Origin: Psammoneis japonica
Lineage: Eukaryota
NCBI GenBank assembly: GCA_008632985.1
Contig: QPGO01000260.1
Span: forward strand, 1-64,000
DNA length: 64,000 nt
Direction of reading: 5' to 3'
Positions 54,215 to 64,000 of the stretch are shown one piece after another. Each line of letters begins with the position of its first letter. Positions within the stretch are counted from its first letter, which is position 1. The position numbers and the translations under genes are program-made. The notes under the pieces are model-generated. The model worked only from the letters and a program-made list of their open reading frames with translations. It ran no database searches and was not told the origin of the DNA.

Positions 54215-54640
54215 ATCGCATTGACGACACGCGCAGGCCTCAAGAGTGCGGAGATGTGGCCTTGTCTCCCACTGCATTGCGCATGCACTGATGCGAAGGC
54301 ATCACTCAACGGCGAACACCCTCAGGTTGGTCGGCATTCGTTGTCAAAACCGTGCCATCGTGACACAACCGTCACAATCACGTTGTTCATCACCAAACCG
54401 CGGAGTGCGGACTGTGGCTCTGACAAAGCAAGCAAATCCAGCTGCCGAGTGGCTCAGCCACTCACAGCACTGGTGTGATGACAATCCAACAATCCAAAGA
54501 CACTCTTGGGTCTGTTGCAACTGCTCGCAACAAGTGAGCGCCATTGGAGGGAAAAACAATGCTTCCCTCCGATGACATGTCACAACGGTTGACTCAGCAC
54601 CAGCCGTTGCCAACAGCACTCTAACTAAATCCGACACATC
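54215..54640 (-). repeat. 5' LTR, lacking about 15 terminal bases; inner boundary approximate
   Basis: Shares agcaaatccagctgccga...cagcactctaactaaatccga with 48034-48255. Confidence 0.75.
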
Positions 54641-54808
54641 CATTTGCCCTTTTGAGGTGGTGGTGGTCCAGAGATTGCCTGGCATGCTTTTTGCACAGAA
54701 ACTGCCCCAAAAGCCATGCACATCAGAGCTTGCAATGTGGCAGCAATCACTTTCGTTGGTTTTTGCCATGCCGCTGCATTTTGTTTGTGTCATTCATTTG
54801 ACTGTGAT
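54641..54808 (-). repeat. ~165-bp inverted copy of 47757-47922 (and of ~59675-59842)
   Basis: ccatttgcccttttgaggtggtggtggtccagag...catttgactgtgatg is the reverse complement of catcacagtcaaatg...ccacctcaaagggcaaatgg. Confidence 0.9.
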
Positions 54809-57800
54809 GGATGCGCTTGTCTTCAACATCAAACAAATGGCCAAGTTTGTGGCACAATTGCACCTTTTGCCACTTGACGTTTTTGCAAATGTGCCTGTCC
54901 TGTGCAGTTCTCAAGACATTGCAGAATGTCAAAAGTTGTCAGACAGATCACTCAACAAGTGCACTGTAAAATGACACAACATGTCGCCAAAATCATGTGG
55001 AAATCCACGTGCCTGACATGCAACATGATTCAAAAACTGTCGTTGTCACAGTTCAGCAGCGCAAGGTCCCATTTTGCAGTGCACTTGCTGAGCAATCCTT
55101 CCAACAACTCTTGACATTTTTTGTTTCAGCGCAATTCTGCAATGTCTTGAGAGTCGTGCAGGGCAGGTGCACTTGCAAAAATGTCGAGTGGCAAGAGGCA
55201 CAATTTCACCACAAACTTGGCCATTTGTTTGATGTTGAAGACGGGTGCATCCATTGACCAACTTCTAGCACTGCAGAACACAGAGCCCCGCCTGGGGCTG
55301 GAATGCATCCATGGTGCATCAATGAGTGCCAAATTGATGCTCTGTTGTCTGGCGTTTTTTAAGTTGCAACAGGCCTGCACTGCAGTCTGCACATGTTCTT
55401 TGTCATTGTTGTCTTCTTTGCTGTCTTCATCTTCTTCCTTGTTGCCTCTGTTGCTTGGTTCATCCGTTTTCTCTTCATGGTCCTCATTGTCACCAGAAAG
55501 CTCTGTTGTTGCTTGCATTCTCATCTCCACCCCCGCTGGCTTTTCAGTGGTTTGGCTCTTTTTTCATTTCCCTCACTCTCCTTTTTCTTTCCATCAGCGT
55601 GCCATGTGTTGAGCTGCACACCCGGCTCACTTGCCCTGTCATCCTTCAACTCCTCAAGCAGGGCAGTGAATCGCTTCATTCCACCATCCTTCCAAGAGTC
55701 GCGCTGATGCAGTGGGTCTGTGTGCAAGGGCGCCAGTTTTGTTTCCTTCTCCTCCTCTTCACTCTCTTCTTCCTTTCCCTCCAGCTTGGATTTGTGCTCC
55801 CAAACCTTCCAGCAATTTTCCAATGCCAACAGCGCCAGTGCCTTGTTGCTTGCCATGGCCAGCTCCATGACCTTTGTGTTGCCCGACTCCACCACCCTTC
55901 TCCACATGGGATGCACGGCTGTTTTGACAACAAATTTTGTAGCGCGAAGGTCCTGTGCTCAGTCGTCAATCAGAGATTTGAGATTTTTGCACTCAAAAAA
56001 ATGGAAACAAGGCTTGCCGGAGACAGGGTCATTGAGGTCCTCACTGGCAATGATCTGATGCACAAACTCAACCATTGAAGCCATTGGCGAAATGTTCTGT
56101 GTCATCAAAATTGACATCATCAGGAAAGACAAAGGAGGGGTTGGGGTTGGCCTCCTCCGCTGATGGGGCACGTTGATCACTGTGGCCAGCCATCTGTTTG
56201 CGCGGAACATGCAGAAAGTGAGCAAATCACAACATCGCACACTCTGGTCAAGTTGATTTTGGGGAGAGGGTGTGCTGTTGAGAAATGTGCAGGAAATGGT
56301 GTGTGCAGAAAAAAGACTGAGAACACAGCAGAGAAACTGTCACAGAGTTCTGGAAAAAGGTGCGAAGCAACAAGGAAATGCGTGCACACACAGAGGTGAC
56401 TGGGCAGATGTGGACAGCATTGTGTGCTGTGACACATGAGGGGGGCAAAAACAAAAAAGCACAAACCAACACAAAAGCCAAATTGTCAAAGGCATGGAGC
56501 ATGGGTTGTCACCACCCAAAGCTTTGGTCACAAAACATTTGCAAATGTGAGTTGCTTGAGCATGAGCAATCAGCACAAATGGGCAAAATAAAATCCTCAT
56601 GAAAAGGTCAAACACCTTGCATTGTGAAAACAACATTCAAGCACTGGCGCCACAATCAAAAGAATGACACCAACAAAATGCAGCTGCGCGGCAAAAGCCA
56701 ATGAAAGTGATGGCCGCCACATTGTGGGCTCTGATGTGCTTGGCTTTTGGGCAGCTTCTGCGCAAAAAGCGTGCCAGGCAATCTCTGGACTGCCACCTCA
56801 AATGTCAAATGGCTCCAAACAAAGCTTTGACAAAGAATCTTGGCAGTTGTTGTTGATTTCACAGCACAAGTGCTCAGGTTCAAATTTTTCCTTTTTTGGG
56901 CTCAAACTTTCAATTTTGACCAACACGGGTTTGAGTTTGACTTTTGAACCCAATTGGGTCCAAAATTGCAGTTTTTGACCTGCCCCCAAAAAAGGGGGGC
57001 CTGCACTTCTCATGAGGTGGCAGGTGACCTGCTCACACATTGAGTCAGCTTCAACTGCACTTGAGCAACATCACTTCTGTTGCTTTGTGACTGACCTCAT
57101 GCACTGCCATTCATGCTGTGTATTTTGTTGAGGCTTTGTGTGTTTGCAGCAACTCAGCTTGCACGTGCTTTCCCTTTTCACATTGCTCTTTTGTTCTGCA
57201 GGCTCTGTGTTGTCGCGCGGTGTCCCAGAGACTCTTTTTCTTGTCAAGAATGTCATTTCTGCTGTGCAATGGCCATGACAATTCAAAAACAAATGCGGCG
57301 GCTTGGTGCTGTGATGTCTCAAACTGAGCAAGCTCTCAAGAGCTCAAACACATCATTGCACAGTTTTGACAACAGCTCTTCCCACCTCCACATGGCAATG
57401 CAGAGTTTGACTCAGCAGACCAGTGCATCATGGTGGCTTCAATGGTGTGGATCATTCTGTTTGGCTGCACAGCAGCTTGCAACCCAGAAACATGTGACTT
57501 GTTTGCCCCACTTGTCAGCAAGCCAGCACAACAAATTTAGAGGGTGAAGGACAAGACAAATGATGTGCAGTTGTGTCAAGTCTCAGAAGTGGCTCAAGAG
57601 TGCAAGCCAACAAGAATCGCTGGCTTCTTTGCAAATGGCAAGCAAGTGCTGAGTGCAATTTTTGGGGGCACCACGTCTCCATTGTTCTTCTGGAGCAAAC
57701 AGCAAATGGTGTTGATTTGGCTGATGCAGCCAACTTGCACGTGCACCTTGACAATCTGTCGTGCTGCATTCTGACATTTTGGCAAAGAAAAGGAAGCTCG

Positions 57801-59950
57801 AGGAACTCTGGGGTGGGTGACCAAGACACACCCCAGCTCCAGGTGGGACCTTGTTCCACTGAACTGTGACATCAATGGTTTTTTGGATCACACAGCATGT
57901 CGTGCACGCAGAATTGCACAAGACTTTTGTGAAATTTTGTGTCATTTTGTGGTGCACTTGTTGAGCAATCCATCCAACAACTTTTGACATTTTTGTCATG
58001 CAGCGCGATTCTGCAATGTCTTGAGAATCACACGGGGCAGGCGCATCTGCAAAAACATTGAGTGGCAAGAGGGTCAATTGTGCCACAAACTTGGCTGTTC
58101 ATTTGATGTTGAAGATGAATGTGTCTGTTGATTAAATTCTTACACTGCGGAGCTCGCACGCAGAACTCTGCAGGCCCGATGTCACACGGAGTCCCGCCGG
58201 TGCACCCCAATTTGTTCTCTCCACAAACTGCTTTTTGGATGCACACAGTGCAATCATGCTCCTGAACTTGGGCCCAAATGGCTCCACTCTGAAGCCATTG
58301 GTGAGATGTTCTGTGTTGTTGAAATTGACATCATCAGGAAAGACAAAGGAGGGGTCAGGGTCAACCTCCTCCACTTGTGGGGCAAAGTCATTGACCGGCC
58401 ACCATGGCCAGTTGTCTGTTGGCGGAACATGCAGAAAGTGCATGAATCACAACAGCCCACACTCTGGTCAAATTGATTTTGGGGAGACGGCGTGCTTTTG
58501 TGAAATGTGCAGGAAATGGCATGTGCAGAAAAAACACTGAGAACACAGAAAACGCACCAACAGAGAGCTCCAGAAACAAGTGTGGCGCGACAAGGAAATG
58601 TGCGCACACATGGAGGTGACTGGGCAGACATGGGCAGCAGCATGTGGTGTGACACACAAGGGGGTGAAAACAAAAAAGCACAAACCAGCTTGAAAGCCAA
58701 ATTGTCAAAGGCATGGAGCATGGGTTGTCACGACCCAAAGCTTCTTTGACCACATGACACTTGCAAATGTGAGTTGCTTGAGCATGAACAACCAACACAA
58801 ATGGACAAAAAAAATCTGTGCCAAAAGGTCAAACACCTTGCGCCATGAAAAGCTTCTTTGACCACATTGCATTTGCAAATGTGAGTTGCTTGAGCATGAA
58901 CAACCAACGCAAATGGGCAAAAAAAATCTGTGCGAAAAGGTCAAACACCTTGTGCCATGAAAAGAACGTTCAAGTGTTGGCATCACAGTCAAAAGAATGA
59001 CACAAACAAAATGCAATGGCACAGCAAAAATCAATGAAAGTGATTGCCGCCAAATTGCAGGCTCTCATGTGCTTGGCTTTTGGGCAGCTTCTGTGCAAAA
59101 AGCATGCCGGGCAATCTCTGGACCACCGCCTCAAAGGTCAAATGGCTTCAAACAAAGCTTTGACAAAGAAACTTGGCAGCTGCTGTTGGTTTTGCAGCGT
59201 CAGTGCTCGGATTCAAATTTTTCCTTTTTTGGGTTCAAACTTTCAATTTCAACCAACTTGGGTTTCAAGCTTGAATTTTGAACCCAGTTGGGTCCAAAAT
59301 TGCAGTTTTTGACCCGCCCCGAAAAAGGAAGGCACACACTTCTCACGAGGCAGCAGGCGACCTGTGCACATTTCCTGTCAGTTTCAGCTGCACTTGAGCA
59401 GACACACCAGACAATCTTTGGACCACCGCCTCAAAGGTCACATGGCTCCAAACAAAGCTTTGACAAAGAAACTTGGCAGTTGTTGTTCATTTCGCAGCGT
59501 CAGTGCTCGGGTTCAATTTCTTCCCTTTTTGGGCTCAAACTTTCAATTTCAACCAACTTGGGTTTTAAGTTTGAATTTTGAACCCAGCTGGGTCCAAAAC
59601 AGCAGCTTTCAACCCAACCCAAAGCTTGAAAAGGTCAAACACCTTGCACTGTGAAAACAATGTTCAAGTGCTGGCATCACAGTCAAATGAATGACACAAA
59701 CAAAATGCAGCGGCATGGCAAAAACCAATGAAAGTGATTGCTGCCACATTGCAAGCTCTGATGTGCGTGGCTTTTGGGCAGTTTCTGTGCAAAAAGCATG
59801 CCAGGCAATCTCTGGACCACCACCACCTCAAAGGGCAAATGGCTCAAAACAAAGCTTTGACAAAGAAACTTGGCAGTTGCTGTTGGTTTTGCAGCATCAG
59901 AGCTCAGGTTCAAATTTTTTCTTTTTTGGGTTCAAACTTTCAATTTCAAC
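54806..59950 (+). repeat. Segmental duplication copy 2
   Basis: Collinear with 42887-48033. Confidence 0.95.
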
Positions 59951-62900
59951 CAACTTGGGTTTTAAATTTGAATTTTGAACCCAGCTGGGCCCGCAACTGC
60001 AGTTTTCAACCCGCCCCAAAAAAGGAAGGCACTTGCTTCTCATGAGGCGGCAGGTGACCTGCGCACATTTCCTGCCAGCTTCAGCTGCACTTGAGCAGAC
60101 ACGCCGCAGTTCTTGGCCCACTCATTTTCTGCGTGGCCTGGCACAACCCAAATCCATGCCGGCTTGGCACATTTTGCCCTGCAGAAGAGTTTTTGGGAGT
60201 GTTTTCTGGCTTGCGACACCAGACAACATGCAAAGTGACAAGGACAACAAGGTCTTGCCAGTTTCAAAAATGTGGTTGTTTCTGAGTTGCTTTGCAATGT
60301 GCTCTTGATGAAGCGCTGCACATTGTGGCACAAGGCATGTGATGAGCTCAAGAGCGCACAGGCTCACATGAGTGGCTGAGGGCAAAAAATGGTGTTGAAG
60401 GTTTGCATTGACAACATTTCCTCTGTTGTGTTGTGACTGACCTCATGCACTGCCACTCATGCTGTGTGTTTCTCTGAGGCTTTGTGTGCTCACATCCGAC
60501 TGACTTGTGCGCACTTTCTTTTTCTGTGCTGCGCTTTTGTTCTGCAGGCTCTGCACTGTTGTGAGGTGTCCCAGAGACACTTTTTTCTCTGCCAGCTCAT
60601 CATGGTGGGTGATGGCGTTTCACTGATTTCAAAAATGCAGTTGTTTCTGAGGTGCTTTGCAGTGCACTCTCAATGGAGCATCACATGTCATGGCACAAGG
60701 CATGTGACAAGCTTGAGAGCTCACAGGCCCGCATCAGCAGCTGACAATGAAAAAGCACACTGAAGGCTTGAATTGACAACATTGCTTTTGTTGTGTTGCA
60801 ACCAACCTCATGCACTGCCACACATGCTGTGTGCTTTGTTGGGGCTTTGTCTGTTTGCACCCATCAACTTGCATGTGCTCCCCCTTTCCAGGCTGCTCTT
60901 TTGCTCTGCAGGCTCTGTGTTGTGAACAGTGATTTCTCTTTCCACATGGACACTTTTTCTCATCAAGAATGCTGTTTCTGCAGCACATCCCAGAGACACT
61001 TTCTCTCATCAAGAATGTCATTTCTGCAGTGCAACATCCACGACAATTCAAGAACAAGGCCAAGTCACAGACACAGCATCAGGAAGAGTTCACAACAAAC
61101 ATGGCAACTTGGAGCTGTGATGTCTTAAGCTGAGCAAGCTCTCAAGAGCTCAAACACATCATCGCACAGTTTTGACAACAGCTCTCTCCTCCCCACCTCC
61201 ACACGGCAAAAAAAATCTGTGCCAAAAGGTCAAACACCTTGCGCCATGAAAAGCTTCTTTGACCACATTGCATTTGCAAATGTGAGTTGCTTGAGCATGA
61301 ACAACCAATGCAAATGGGCAAAAAAAATCTGTGCGAAAAGGTCAAACACCTTGTGCCATGAAAAGAACGTTCAAGTGTTGGCATCACAGTCAAAAGAATG
61401 ACACAAACAAAATGCAATGGCGGAACAAAAACCAACGAAAGTGATTGCCGCCACATTGTGGGCTCTGATGTGCTTGGCTCTTGGGCAGTTTCTGCAGAAA
61501 AAGTGTGCCAGGCAATCTCTGGACCGCCGCCTCTGAGGTCAAATGGCTCCAAAAAAAGCTTTGACAAAGGAACTTGGCAGCTGTTGTTGACTTCTCAGCA
61601 TCAGTGCTTGGGTTCAAATTTTTCCTTTTTTGGGCTCAAACGTTCAACTTCAACCAACTTGGGTTTCAAACTTGAACTTTGAACCCAGCTGGGGCCAAAA
61701 ATGCAGCTTTTGACCTGCAGCCTCAGTGGCGGGGTTCAATTTTTTCTTTTTTGGGTTCAAACTTTCAACTTTGACCAGCTTGGGTTGCAAACTTGAGCTT
61801 TGAACCCAGCTGGGTCCAAAATTGCAGTTTTCGACCCGACCCAAAGCTTTGGTCACAAAACACTTGCAAGTGCGAGTTGCTTGAGCATGAATGATCAGGG
61901 CAAATGAAAAAGAAAATCCTCGTGAAAAGGTCAGACACCTTGCACCATGAAAAGAATGTCCAAGTGTTGGGGTCACAGTCAAAAGAGCAACAAAAACAAA
62001 TCATCCATTGCATTGCGGGTCTTTCAACGCAATGAAAAACACAGACAGCACAATGACAATGACATCGCAACACTCACACAAGTCTTGTTGGTGTTGCAAA
62101 ACATTTGCATTTGGACAAATCTGTGCTTTTGGTGGTGAAAGATTGACCGCAATTCAGGGGCCGTGCAAAAATTGTGCAAATGTCATTTTTGTGCACGATT
62201 TGGCTCACATGCGGCTGGAACACGTCTGAACCCGATTGGGTCCAAAACTGCAATTTTTGACCAGCCTCAAATGAGGGAGGCATGTGTTTCTCACAAGGCA
62301 AGCTTTCCCTGGCCTGATGATGAAGTGCTGCTCTTTCTGTCTTTGTGCTGCACCCTTGCAGGCATGTGCATGCTTGGCTCTTGGACAGTTTCTTCACAAA
62401 AAGCACACCAGGCAATCACTGGACCACCCTTGTGAAGGTCAAACAGCTCCAAATGGGGCTTTGACAAAGAAACTTGGCAATTGTTGTCAACTTTGCAGTG
62501 TTGGTGTTTGGGTTCAAATCATTTCCTTTTTTGGGTTCAAACCTTCAACTTCAACCAACTTGGGTTTTAAACTTGGATTTTGGCCCCAATTGGGTCCAAA
62601 ATTGCAGTTTTTGACCTGCCCAGAAAGAGGGAGGCACACGCTTCTCACGAGGCAGCAGGCAATCTGTGCACATTTCCCGCCAGCTTGAGCTGCACTTGAG
62701 TGGGCGTGCCACAGTTCTCAGCCCGCTCATTTTCTGCGTGGCCTGGCACAACCCAAATCTGTGCAGGTTCAGCACATTTTGCCCTGTGGAACAGTTTTTG
62801 GGAGTGTTTTCTGGGTTGCAACGGACAACAGCATTTTGCCAACTTCAACAGTGCAGTTGTTTCTGAGGCACTTTGTGGTGTGCTCTCAATGGAACATCGC

Positions 62901-64000
62901 ACGCCACAGCACAAGGTGTGTGACAAGCTCAAGAGTGCACAGGTTCACATGGGCAGCTGATGGCAAAAAATCATGTTGAAGGTTCGTGCTGACAATGTCG
63001 CTTCTGTTGTGTCACAACCAACCTCATGCACTGCCATTCATGCTGTGTGTTTTGTTGAGTTTTTGAATGTTTGGAGCCATTTGACTTGCGTGTGCTTCCC
63101 CTTTCTGCACCGCCCTTTTGTTCTGCAGGCTCTGCATTGTCGTGAGACATCCCAGAGACAGTTTCTCTCATCAAGAATGTCATTTCTGCAGCGCAATGGC
63201 CACGGCAATTCAAGGACAAGGCCAAGTCACAGACACAGCATCAAGAAGAGTTCACAACAAATGCAGCAACTTGGCGCCATGATGTCTTGATCTGAGCAAG
63301 CTCTCAAGAGCTCAAACACATCATCGCACAGTTTTGACAACAGCTCTCCCCGCCTCCACATGGCGATGCAGCTCCAATGGCGCAGACTGCTTCTTTTGGC
63401 TGTGCAGGAACTCTCACCCAGAAATGTGCGACTCATTTGCCCCATTGGTTCACAAGCCAATGCAACAAAATTGGAGAGTGAAGGACGAGACAGATGCGCA
63501 GTTGTGTCAAGTCTTGCAAGCATGTCAAAAGTGCAAGCCAACAAGATTTGTCAGCTTTGCAACTCAGCAAGTGAGTGTTGAGTGCAACCTGTGGGGGCAC
63601 CACGTCTCCATTGTTCTTCCAGAGCAAACAGCAAATGGCATTGATTTGGCTGACACAGCCAACATGCGTGCGTGCCTTGACAGTCTGTGGCGCTGGATTC
63701 TGAGATTGTGGAACAAAAAGAGGCACTTGCACTTGCCTCACTCCATCACATCAGAAATGCACAAGCTTTCCATGGCCCTTTTGGAGCAGCCAGGCAAGCA
63801 AAAGAGGAGCTGTGGAAAGATGCGGAAGACTCCATTTTGATGCATTGTCATCTGGCGGTGTCATCATTTGTGATGAAGTGCCGTGCTTTGTGGCTTTATG
63901 CTGCATCTGTGCAGGAATGCATGTTGTTGGCTCTTGGGCAGCTTCTGTGCAAAAAGTGCACCAGGCGATCTCTGGACTGCCCTCTTGAAGGTCAAATGGC
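59951..64000 (+). repeat. Continuation of the mosaic repeat array
   Basis: Same modules and orientation as 26980-48033. Confidence 0.9.

Larger units (their letters stand above)
48034..54640 (-). mobile_element. Ty1/Copia LTR retrotransposon (diatom CoDi-like), inactivated
   Basis: Order is gag (54133-52710), protease LELDSHADT (~52490), integrase region (largely in the N gap), RT (ALYGLKSSG, YVDD at ~49500), RNase H (FVDANHAG, NLADLFTK, ending 48439). Related LTR sequence lies at both ends. Confidence 0.95.
16680..64000. other. TpA-depleted, TG/CA-enriched hypermutated repeat domain
   Basis: TA is common up to ~16672 and then nearly absent. Survivors are mostly TTAA/TTAG/CTAA/CTAG. ORFs are almost Tyr-free and rich in Cys and His. 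Confidence 0.95.

Noticed and set aside
42887..59950. 5.1-kb duplication as an assembly duplication of a single locus
   Set aside because: The copies differ by many CG/TG/CA transitions and small indels (for example the 8-nt difference at ~43350 versus ~55268), arguing for real divergence. A haplotype mis-join is not fully excluded.
26980..64000. Hundreds of short Cys/His-rich ORFs as metal-binding proteins or a gene family
   Set aside because: They occur in all frames, lack Tyr and track repeat modules. They are explained by stop-codon depletion and TG/CA enrichment.
26980..64000. Recurrent palindromic repeats as a CRISPR array
   Set aside because: The intervening sequences are long, variable and themselves repeated, there are no cas genes, and the context is eukaryotic.
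16680..64000. Classical RIP or CpG deamination alone as the cause of the composition
   Set aside because: C>T processes cannot turn TAY codons into TGY/CAY, and RIP would increase TpA.

Overview
Eukaryotic genomic DNA, very probably from a diatom or related stramenopile (short GT-AG introns, a bipartite-targeting-like N-terminus, diatom-type Copia). It has three zones. (1) 1-6.3 kb is compact host gene space: a single-pass membrane protein, a Ser/Thr kinase, a probable plastid-targeted protein and RRS1, each broken by 1-nt frameshifts that are probably assembly errors. (2) 6.5-16.6 kb holds intron-rich hypothetical genes and an IS630/Tc1-like transposase, with normal dinucleotide content. (3) From about 16,680 to the end lies a ~47 kb repeat domain: a decayed Plavaka-like transposon with cargo, a mosaic hairpin-rich repeat array, a Tc1-like relic, a Ty1/Copia element and a ~5.1 kb segmental duplication. 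The main observation is that TpA is almost erased in zone 3. Surviving TpA sites are mostly YTAR, and conserved Tyr codons of the transposon proteins now read Cys (TGY) or His (CAY). This points to a repeat-targeted, strand-symmetric T[A>G]Y hypermutation, opposite in direction to fungal RIP, layered on ordinary CpG decay. It may be an undescribed genome-defence system; no causal enzyme is identifiable in this window. All counts and contexts were read by eye and need computational confirmation.
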